Positions 20,675-28,365 of a stretch of DNA of 50,559 nt are shown piece after piece. Position numbers and translations under genes: made by a program. Source of the stretch: Ilumatobacteraceae bacterium (GTDB taxonomy: Bacteria > Actinomycetota > Acidimicrobiia > Acidimicrobiales > Ilumatobacteraceae); assembly GCA_016463545.1 (NCBI GenBank), contig JAEMRC010000001.1:1-50559 (forward strand). Reading direction: 5' to 3'. Within the stretch, counting starts at the first letter, position 1, and the number at the start of each line of letters is the position of its first letter. The notes under the pieces were generated by a model. It ran no database searches, was not told where the DNA came from, and was given only the letters and a program-made list of their open reading frames with translations.

Positions 20675-21531
20675 CAGTGGCCTCCGGTGAGTCCAATACA
20701 GTGCGGCCCTTCGGCCTCTTGCCCTGTGGTGTTTATCCCGATTGCTGGACCAGCAAATACTGCGCCAGTGTCAATTACCAAGACACCGTTCGTGATTGAC
20801 ACAGCAAAACGATCCATTCCGCGTGGCGCTGGTCCACCTTTTTTTTCACCCACACGATTGTATTGCGAACCATGGCACGGACATTCAAACCACTGCGAAC
20901 TCTTGCATTCTGGAACACGACAACCAAGATGTGGACACTTCTGGTACAACGCCACGATTCCGGCTTCCATTCCTGAAAAAACAGGTGCTTGATTGCCATA
21001 AATAATTTTTGCTTTTCCGATTGCATCCTTTGGATACTCCGTCACCCATGAACGCGCTTCAGAGAGATACAAGAAACCTTTATTCGCACGGATTCGTTGA
21101 GTCACCTCATCAATTTTTCCGACGGAAATTTTGGAACCGAATCCGCCCTCCGCACCTTTCCACAAAAACCCGATGCTCGCCGCTCCAAACCCACCCAGGC
21201 TTGCCGTCATCAATGTGACCGTGGCGCGATTAAAAAACTGTCGGCGAGTGACACCAAGAGTTTCTTCATCTGGAGGCGACCACTCCTGTATCTCTGGTGG
21301 TGATGCCTTAACCAATACTCCACCACGAGTTGCGTTTGCCTCGCGCTCAATATCCCTGCCCGAAATTTCTGCCTCAGGCGCACTCTGTGTTTTGCGGTCA
21401 CGCTGCCGGGTCTCGCGCGACAACACACCGCCACCACGCACCCCACCACGACGAGCAGATGTGAACAGCACTGCAGCGCCGAGCACGACTGCTGCTGCGA
21501 TTACTAGTGAGATGATGACTGCTGTACTCAT
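20674..21531 (-). CDS. qcrA: Rieske [2Fe-2S] subunit of a menaquinol:cytochrome c reductase-type complex
   Basis: 285 aa with CPHLGCRV ... CPCHGSQY cluster boxes and an internal twin-arginine motif (TRRQFFNRA) after an N-terminal TM helix. Confidence 0.85.
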   Translation of the reverse strand: MSTAVIISLVIAAAVVLGAAVLFTSARRGGVRGGGVLSRETRQRDRKTQSAPEAEISGRDIEREANATRGGVLVKASPPEIQEWSPPDEETLGVTRRQFFNRATVTLMTASLGGFGAASIGFLWKGAEGGFGSKISVGKIDEVTQRIRANKGFLYLSEARSWVTEYPKDAIGKAKIIYGNQAPVFSGMEAGIVALYQKCPHLGCRVPECKSSQWFECPCHGSQYNRVGEKKGGPAPRGMDRFAVSITNGVLVIDTGAVFAGPAIGINTTGQEAEGPHCIGLTGGH

Positions 21532-21567
21532 TGCTATGTTGCCTAAATCCGTTCTGTCTCGTGCTTT

Positions 21568-22302
21568 TTAAAACTCAAAGAAAATTCCGTCGCGCCACGG
21601 GAACGTGAAGTTGAAACCAGGTCCGCGAAAAAATGATCCGATGATAACTAAGACCGCCCAGAACATGAGGTGCACTGTCATGAGGCTTGTCATAAATTTT
21701 CGATCTTCAGGCTTATTCGATGGGTTCTTGTCAAGATACGCCGCCAGAATAAGTGCAATTAGTCCAATACCTGGCAATGTCACACCAGCAATCATTGGAT
21801 GAAACATTGTGAGGAGTTCTTGAAGACCCAAGAAATACCACGGTGCCTTGGAAGGGTTTGGAGTTTGGTTGAAGTTGGCTGCTTGCAACAAAGGCGCATT
21901 GACAACCCAAGAAAACACAAACAAGAACGCGGTACACGCCAGCGATGCAACAAACTCAACAGCGAGCAAATGTGGCCATGTATGAACTTTGTCAACTGGC
22001 AATGTCTTTACTTCTTGAATAGAACCAGACTTCACAACTGTCAAAAGTCGTTGCGTGTGTCCGCCAGGACCTGCAGCTAACGGCAATCCACCGCTTGCAG
22101 GTGCAGTCGCTACTACTGCATCAGCCTTATCCGCAACTGCTACTGCACCCCCTGCGCGAGCGGCGCGAGTTCGGTCAAGTAAGTGTTGTGGTATGCGAGA
22201 GTCTCCGGCTGCCTCTGATGGTGCGTCTGCTCCGGACGCAGCGGCTGCTTTGTCACGCGCTTCTTGTGCACGCTTCAGAAGATGCTCTGGAATTTCAGTC
22301 AT
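21568..22302 (-). CDS. Cytochrome b C-terminal-domain protein (b6f subunit-IV-like) with about 100-aa N-terminal extension
   Basis: 244 aa. TPNPSKAPWYFLGLQELL aligns to the PetD/cyt b PEWY region. The N-terminus carries two copies of an IP(E/Q)HLL(K/D)R...AR motif. Confidence 0.8.
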   Translation of the reverse strand: MTEIPEHLLKRAQEARDKAAAASGADAPSEAAGDSRIPQHLLDRTRAARAGGAVAVADKADAVVATAPASGGLPLAAGPGGHTQRLLTVVKSGSIQEVKTLPVDKVHTWPHLLAVEFVASLACTAFLFVFSWVVNAPLLQAANFNQTPNPSKAPWYFLGLQELLTMFHPMIAGVTLPGIGLIALILAAYLDKNPSNKPEDRKFMTSLMTVHLMFWAVLVIIGSFFRGPGFNFTFPWRDGIFFEF

Positions 22303-22318
22303 TGCGCACTCACCTTTC

Positions 22319-23101
22319 TCACAATGGTCCCGAGATTCCGCCGTCTTTACGGACGCGCCAGAAATGCACAGCCATAAAAATTACAATGATGAATGGGAAC
22401 AAAAGAACATGCAATACATACCATCGCAAGAGTGTTTCTGAGCCGATTTCGACACCGCCTAACAACACGAATCTGACCTGCGAACCGATGACAGGCGAAT
22501 AGCCCATCATGTTGGTACCAACCGTGACAGCCCATAGCGCAAGTTGATCCCATGGCAACAAGTAGCCGGTGAAAGAAAGGAGCAACGTCAGTGTCAACAA
22601 CACAACACCGATCACCCAGTTGAACTCACGTGGCGGCTTGTATGCACCATGATAAAACACGCGTGACATATGCAAAAAGACAGTCAAAACCATGAGGTGA
22701 GCGCCCCATCTGTGCATGTTTCGAACCATCAACCCAAACGTCACAGATGTCTGCAGCGTCTGAATATCCTCCCATGCATTTGTTGCTGTTGGACGATAGA
22801 AAAACATCAAGAAAATACCCGTCACCGTCAGCAAAATAAATAGGAAGAAACTCAGTCCGCCTAAACAGAGTGTGTAACTCACTTTGACTGCGTGGCGCTT
22901 CACTTTTACTGGGTGAAGGTGATACAAAACAGAGTTCATGATGACGTATGAACGGTTTCGTGGACTATCGGTGTAGCCCTTGCGAAAGATTGAGCCTGGT
23001 CGAAAAATAGATGTCCATGCTTGACTCCCCAATGTGGCCTGCCCGAGTTTGGCGGCTCGCTCTTTGAGTGTTGGTCTGGGACTATCGATTACTTTTGCCA
23101 T
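22319..23101 (-). CDS. qcrB: Cytochrome b N-terminal-domain protein, b6 type
   Basis: 260 aa. Helix B has [16 protein letters not shown]. Helix D has [17 protein letters not shown], with 14 residues between the His ligands. YTLCLGG matches the b6 YCLGG box. Confidence 0.88.
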   Translation of the reverse strand: MAKVIDSPRPTLKERAAKLGQATLGSQAWTSIFRPGSIFRKGYTDSPRNRSYVIMNSVLYHLHPVKVKRHAVKVSYTLCLGGLSFFLFILLTVTGIFLMFFYRPTATNAWEDIQTLQTSVTFGLMVRNMHRWGAHLMVLTVFLHMSRVFYHGAYKPPREFNWVIGVVLLTLTLLLSFTGYLLPWDQLALWAVTVGTNMMGYSPVIGSQVRFVLLGGVEIGSETLLRWYVLHVLLFPFIIVIFMAVHFWRVRKDGGISGPL

Positions 23102-23118
23102 GATGTGTTCCGTTTATC

Positions 23119-23532
23119 TTAGAGGCGTAGGCCGTAGGCATAGCCATGAGCATTGGTACGAGTGTGACTATCTCCGGTTGCGGCAGGTTCTCCTACCTTG
23201 CCCATGATGATGACTCCGGTTGGGCAACGATCGACGCAGAGTGCACACCGCGTGCACACATCGTCGTCAATAATAAAGAGCACATGATCTGATGGATCTG
23301 CGCCTGGCATTTCGATGCCAGTTGACTCCGCAATCGCATTTGTAGCCACCATATGGATGCATTTCCATGGGCAAATATCAACGCAGCCCTCGCACATAAT
23401 GCACTCGCTTTGGTCGATGTGAATGAATTGTTTCGGCTTCACAGCCTTTCCAAGATATTCAGCATCCACCTCGACGAGTTGATACTCATCGGACCACTCT
23501 GGCATTGGCGGATTGGCGTCAGTACGTGTCAT
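23119..23532 (-). CDS. Soluble 2x[4Fe-4S] dicluster ferredoxin-domain protein
   Basis: 137 aa with CIMCEGCVDICP and CTRCALCVDRCP and no hydrophobic segment. It lies 17 nt upstream of the b6 gene. Confidence 0.8.
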   Translation of the reverse strand: MTRTDANPPMPEWSDEYQLVEVDAEYLGKAVKPKQFIHIDQSECIMCEGCVDICPWKCIHMVATNAIAESTGIEMPGADPSDHVLFIIDDDVCTRCALCVDRCPTGVIIMGKVGEPAATGDSHTRTNAHGYAYGLRL

Positions 23533-23544
23533 AGATAAATCCTG

Positions 23545-24222
23545 CTATGCCTTCTTCACCAATGGACGACCGTATGGGGAAGTTTCTATTTCTTTTGTCA
23601 CAGCCTGTCCGCGCTTTTGCCACCACGCACCGAGTGCAATCAAAATGCCTATGAAAATCACATGAATCACCACAACAACAATATCTCGCAATGCTTCGTA
23701 ACTAATCGTGAAGGGGAACTGACCGCCAAAGGCCTTGGGTTTCAAGATGTCAAAAGGACCGAGTAACAACATGTCTTTGCGCCATCCAAGATTTTTGTCA
23801 GCATGGTCGATCCACTGGTGAGGAACCACGCCAAACGCCATGAACAGCACGAAAAAGACATACACAGAACCAAACATTGCCTCGCCCCATGACACCGGAG
23901 CACCTGGTTTACGACGTTTTCCGTAGGCCATGATTGCGTAGATCAATACCAACGTGACAGCAGAAGAGAACAAAAAAGCTTGATTGACTCCTGGCCATTT
24001 CAAAATATTGATCGCAAGCATGATGGCGGCTAGTTCTCCGGACTGAGGGACAATTGTAGGTACGTTCTGAGTAGTGAAACCACTGAGAACACTACTCAGG
24101 ATGACAGACAAAACCGTTATTTCTCGGCATGTCACCAAAGTCACGGTGCCCACTTGTGCCGGCCCGTCCAGCACGGGTGGTTGTGCTTTTGTGCAAAACG
24201 CGAGTAACCCATAGTTGCTCAT
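23545..24222 (-). CDS. Membrane protein of unknown function, first gene of the Rieske/cyt b-nuo array (start uncertain; possibly ATG at 24021)
   Basis: The C-terminal two-thirds of the 225-aa ORF are clearly TM-helical. The first 67 codons look non-protein-like and contain inverted repeats. Confidence 0.45.
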   Translation of the reverse strand: MSNYGLLAFCTKAQPPVLDGPAQVGTVTLVTCREITVLSVILSSVLSGFTTQNVPTIVPQSGELAAIMLAINILKWPGVNQAFLFSSAVTLVLIYAIMAYGKRRKPGAPVSWGEAMFGSVYVFFVLFMAFGVVPHQWIDHADKNLGWRKDMLLLGPFDILKPKAFGGQFPFTISYEALRDIVVVVIHVIFIGILIALGAWWQKRGQAVTKEIETSPYGRPLVKKA

Positions 24223-24270
24223 TTGTCACATGATTCCTCAAGTAGGTCGCCGATTGTCTATCGTTAGGGA

Positions 24271-25095
24271 GTGACTGAAATCCCCGAACACTTGCTGAAG
24301 CGCTCGCAAGAGCGTCGTGCCGCGGCAGCCGGAGAAACTGCTTCTGGTCAGCCGGCATCCGGAGCCACTCCTGCCACTACCAGCAATGCACCAGCCGTCG
24401 CCCCCAAGGCCGCTGCCCCAGTGGTGGCTAAAGCACCCAAGCCCATCTCCCCATCTGTGGCGGCAGCAAATGCCCGTAAAAAGATCCCCTATTGGGCAAT
24501 GGCAACTTTGAGCCTCTTGCCGTTGTGGGCATTTATGTATTTTATTGCTCTCAAGCCGTCCAATGTCGTTGCGGCTGGGCCACTCAGCATTGGCGCTGAA
24601 GTTTTTGGTGGTTGTGCTGGTTGCCACGGCGCTCAAGGTGCTGGTGGTGCTGGTCGAGTGCTGTATCAAGGAGAAGTTCTTAAGACGTTCCCAAAGATTG
24701 AGGACATGCTCAATTTTGTCTACACCGGCAGTCAAAAATATGTTTCTGATGGGCTCTCCATCTATGGCAACCCCGACCGTGAAGGTGGTGCACATGCGCC
24801 ACTGTCATACAACGGAAACCCAATGCCAATGCAAGGCGAAAAAGCCGGTGGTGGGTTAACCGATGAAGAAATTCTCTCAGTGGTGTGTTACGGCCGCTAC
24901 GTAATTAGTGGTGCAGACCCCAAGAGCGAAAAATGGGAAAAAGAATACGAGACATGGTGTTCCCCAGAGTCAGAAATCTTTATCGGTCTTGAGACTGGGT
25001 CAACAAGTTTTGACTCGATCGACAAAGACTTTGCCAGTCTGCCCGACAAACCAGGCTTCGTCGGCACAGAAGCACGCGCATCAATCACTGGCTAA
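24271..25095 (+). CDS. Membrane-anchored monohaem c-type cytochrome with about 80-aa cytoplasmic N-terminal tail
   Basis: 274 aa, GTG start, one CxxCH (CAGCH) and a single TM (IPYWAMATLSLLPLWAFMYFIAL). The N-terminus MTEIPEHLLKRSQERR mirrors that of the subunit-IV-like protein. Confidence 0.75.
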   Translation: MTEIPEHLLKRSQERRAAAAGETASGQPASGATPATTSNAPAVAPKAAAPVVAKAPKPISPSVAAANARKKIPYWAMATLSLLPLWAFMYFIALKPSNVVAAGPLSIGAEVFGGCAGCHGAQGAGGAGRVLYQGEVLKTFPKIEDMLNFVYTGSQKYVSDGLSIYGNPDREGGAHAPLSYNGNPMPMQGEKAGGGLTDEEILSVVCYGRYVISGADPKSEKWEKEYETWCSPESEIFIGLETGSTSFDSIDKDFASLPDKPGFVGTEARASITG

Positions 25096-25137
25096 ATCAC
25101 GCAACATCGTCATTCATGCGATTGACTGAGTAGTGCT

Positions 25138-26424
25138 ATGACTGACATTGATTCTGCCCCTGTCGCGCTAAACGCCCCAGCGCGCGATACAGAAGTTCTT
25201 GTCATCGGTGGAGGACCAGCAGGTGCAAGCGCTGGTTACTGGCTTTCCCAACTTGGACATGATGTCACGATCATTGAGAAAAAAACTTTCCCACGTGAAA
25301 AAACTTGCGGTGATGGTTTGACACCACGTGCAGTCAAACAACTTCACGACATGGGACTCGGTGATCAGTTAACACAATTTCATCGCTACGAAGGTTTGCG
25401 TGCAAAGGCACACGGTAAAGCACTCGAGATGCACTGGCCCGAACATCCGATTTATCCGCAACATGGTTATGTTGTGCGCCGCCGCGAACTCGACATGATG
25501 GTTGCAAAAAATGCACAATCTTCGGGGGCTCACTTACTAGAGGGACATGAAGCGCTCACTCCAATTCTTGATCGTGGATTCGTTCGTGGTGCAGTGATTA
25601 CATCAAAGGCTGACAACACAACATTTGAAATACACGCTAAATACGTCATTGTCGCTGATGGTGCAAACTCCAGATTCGGTCGTGCGCTCGGAACTTCTCG
25701 TGCCAAGAAATGGCCATATGGCACTGCAATACGCACATATTGGGAAAGCCCACGCCATGCAGAACCCTGGATCGAATCTGCGCTTGACGTCAAAGATCGC
25801 AACGGAAACTCGATGCCTGGCTATGGATGGATCTTCCCAGTTGGCGACGGAACAATCAACATCGGCGTGGGCTTGCTCTCAACTTTTCGAGATTTTAAAA
25901 GTGTGAACACAACACACATGCTTGATTCATATGCGCACATGATTGCTGATGACTGGGGAATCAATCCAGATACACCAACCTGCAAAGCGACAAGTGGACG
26001 AATTCCGATGGGTGGTTCGGTTGGTCCCAAGATTGGTCCAACTCACATTGTCATTGGTGATGCCGCCGGCAGCGTGAATCCATTTAACGGCGAAGGAATT
26101 GACTACGCATACGAGACAGCGCACATGGCTGCAGATTGTCTACACGATGCGCTTGTGAGCGGAGACCCTGTTGCATTGCAGCGATACTCAAAATTAGTTG
26201 AAGACGAGTACGGTGAGTATTTCAAAGTGGCCAGGCTTTTTGCGCGTATCATCGGTCGGCCCGTGCTGATGCGCGAACTCTCGCGCGTTGGTTTACAATC
26301 GCGCACACTGATGGAGTGGGTGCTGCGAATCATGGCAAATCTTTTACGACCTGACGAAGTTGGTGCAGCCGAAGTGGCGTATAAAGCGGCAGCACAAATT
26401 GTCCGCTTGTTCCCTAATGCTTAG
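25138..26424 (+). CDS. Geranylgeranyl reductase family FAD-dependent oxidoreductase (menaquinone/isoprenoid side-chain reductase-like)
   Basis: 428 aa with FAD fold VLVIGGGPAGASAGYWLSQLGHDVTIIEK and ...CGDGLTPRAV. Confidence 0.8.
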   Translation: MTDIDSAPVALNAPARDTEVLVIGGGPAGASAGYWLSQLGHDVTIIEKKTFPREKTCGDGLTPRAVKQLHDMGLGDQLTQFHRYEGLRAKAHGKALEMHWPEHPIYPQHGYVVRRRELDMMVAKNAQSSGAHLLEGHEALTPILDRGFVRGAVITSKADNTTFEIHAKYVIVADGANSRFGRALGTSRAKKWPYGTAIRTYWESPRHAEPWIESALDVKDRNGNSMPGYGWIFPVGDGTINIGVGLLSTFRDFKSVNTTHMLDSYAHMIADDWGINPDTPTCKATSGRIPMGGSVGPKIGPTHIVIGDAAGSVNPFNGEGIDYAYETAHMAADCLHDALVSGDPVALQRYSKLVEDEYGEYFKVARLFARIIGRPVLMRELSRVGLQSRTLMEWVLRIMANLLRPDEVGAAEVAYKAAAQIVRLFPNA

Positions 26425-27038
26425 ACGCACGACACTTGAACAACTACATCTTGCTCTAAATCAATAATCGCTACAGCAGACGTTCCCGGAAACCGGGTAA
26501 TGAAATCACGTAGCGATGTTGTGTCTGAGTTGGAGCAAACTCGTTTGACTCCGACACCGAGCGGCAGAACCCAACCGTTGCCCAAAATGCCTTCATCTCC
26601 GTTGCTTTGCATATCAACTAGGCCCGGTAAACGGAGTTGCTCTGTACCATTTTTTGAATCAGCCTGCACGAGTGCAAACCACACCACCGCATCACCAAGC
26701 ATGTCTGCCACAAGTACACACGCCGATGGTTGTGAAAAATCAGTGCAGGCAGTTACCGAGTCATAATCATCAACATACGTGCCATCGGGAATAATCATGA
26801 TTTGGTCATTAGCAAGAGTGAGTTGTATTGCGCCGACCGTTCGACTCTCCAGCACCGACCAACCAGGATCGGTGGTCGCCTTTGTTACTGATGCAAAGAG
26901 ATCAATACGTCGTTTTGTTGTGTTGCCAACAACTGAATCAGAACCTGACCCACGCATAAAGAGAAACAGCACCGATGCAGCCACCACGGCAAGCAAACTA
27001 AAAACGACAACAACGCGGCGGTTTAGTGACTGTTCCAT
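26421..27038 (-). CDS. N-terminally anchored or secreted hypothetical protein
   Basis: 205 aa with an N-terminal hydrophobic helix (VVVVFSLLAVVAASVLFLF). Overlaps the hemL stop by 16 nt. No motif recognised. Confidence 0.45.
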   Translation of the reverse strand: MEQSLNRRVVVVFSLLAVVAASVLFLFMRGSGSDSVVGNTTKRRIDLFASVTKATTDPGWSVLESRTVGAIQLTLANDQIMIIPDGTYVDDYDSVTACTDFSQPSACVLVADMLGDAVVWFALVQADSKNGTEQLRLPGLVDMQSNGDEGILGNGWVLPLGVGVKRVCSNSDTTSLRDFITRFPGTSAVAIIDLEQDVVVQVSCV

Positions 27039-28294
27039 TGCAACGCCTCATGTGCAATTTCACCAATTCGATTAATCACCGCGTCGTCATGGCTGAGTCC
27101 GACGAATAAAGCCTCATAAGCCCCAGGCGCCATCGCCACCCCAGCAGACAACATCGCATGAAAAACCTTGGCGAACAGTGCCTCATCAGTGGTTTTGGCG
27201 TCAGCGAAGTTCTGCGGAGCGTTGTTTTTAAGCCCCGAGCCAAAGTGCATCCCCACCAAAGTTGCGACAACGGGGAACTGAGCCACGATGCCATTGGCAG
27301 CACATGCATCTCGCAACAACGCACTCAATCGGCGTGCCCGTGCTGATAGTTCCATATAGACATCAGCACTGAGTTCGTTGAGTGCCGCAAGTCCGGCTGC
27401 TGTTGCGAGTGGATTGCCCGCCAAAGTTCCGGCATGAAACACGGGACCAAGCGGTGATAAATGATTCATCACAGCAGCAGAACCCCCAACAGCACCAATT
27501 GGCAAACCTCCACCAATTACTTTTCCGAAGCACGTGATGTCTGGTCGAACGTCATACTTGGCTTGAGCTCCGCCAAGACCCAAGCGAAAACCAGTAATAA
27601 CCTCATCAAAAATTAAGAGTGCGCCAACGCGATCACACTCCGCGCGTAGACCTTCTAAAAATCCGGGCACCGGAGGCACAACTCCCATATTGGCGGCAAC
27701 TGGTTCAACAATGACAGCAGCAATATCATCATCTAAATGTGGAACAACGTTGTACGGCACCACCCATGTGTTGGCAACTGTTTCTTCTGGAACTCCGGCA
27801 GTACCTGGCAAACCCAGCGTGGCAACGCCACTTCCGCCCGCCACCAATAACGCATCAGTCGCTCCATGAAAATTGCCATGAAATGTCACGATGCGTTTGC
27901 GGCCAGTTGCACCGCGAGCCAAACGAACTGCTGTACTCGTCGCTTCTGTTCCGCTATTCATCAGACGCACACGCTCACAACTTGGGACGCGCTCAGAGAT
28001 TGCTTCGGCAAGTTTCATTTCTCGTGGCGTTGGCGCACCATACGATGTTCCATCAACAGCGGCAGCGGTGATAGCAGCAGTCACTGCTGGATGAGCATGA
28101 CCCAAAATAATTGCGCCGTAACTTTGGACAAGGTCAATCATCTGTCGACCCTCGACGTCATATAAATACGCACCAGAACCACGCGCTACTAAAAAGGGCG
28201 TCCCACCAACGGCACGAAACGCACGAATCGACGAGTTCACACCGCCCGGAATAACCGCTGCTGATCGCTCGAACAGTTGTTGATTTGAGGGCAC
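27023..28294 (-). CDS. hemL: Glutamate-1-semialdehyde 2,1-aminomutase
   Basis: Class-III aminotransferase with NQQLFERSAAVIPGGVNSSIRAF and FDEVITGFR. The ORF track start is 28369. The GTG at 28294, preceded by AAGGG, gives the usual HemL N-terminus and is preferred. Confidence 0.9.
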   Translation of the reverse strand: MPSNQQLFERSAAVIPGGVNSSIRAFRAVGGTPFLVARGSGAYLYDVEGRQMIDLVQSYGAIILGHAHPAVTAAITAAAVDGTSYGAPTPREMKLAEAISERVPSCERVRLMNSGTEATSTAVRLARGATGRKRIVTFHGNFHGATDALLVAGGSGVATLGLPGTAGVPEETVANTWVVPYNVVPHLDDDIAAVIVEPVAANMGVVPPVPGFLEGLRAECDRVGALLIFDEVITGFRLGLGGAQAKYDVRPDITCFGKVIGGGLPIGAVGGSAAVMNHLSPLGPVFHAGTLAGNPLATAAGLAALNELSADVYMELSARARRLSALLRDACAANGIVAQFPVVATLVGMHFGSGLKNNAPQNFADAKTTDEALFAKVFHAMLSAGVAMAPGAYEALFVGLSHDDAVINRIGEIAHEALQWNSH

Positions 28295-28365
28295 ACCAGC
28301 GCCCTTGCAAGTGATTGCCGAACAACCAGCCTGCACGCATTGCACAGGATCACAGAAAGCGATAC

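Noticed and set aside
25126-25135. The 10-mer CTGAGTAGTG occurs both at 24067..24076 (arm of the inverted repeat upstream of the respiratory array) and just before the geranylgeranyl-reductase start.
   Set aside because: A single shared 10-mer in 50 kb on two strands is only mildly unlikely by chance, and there is no further flanking similarity.
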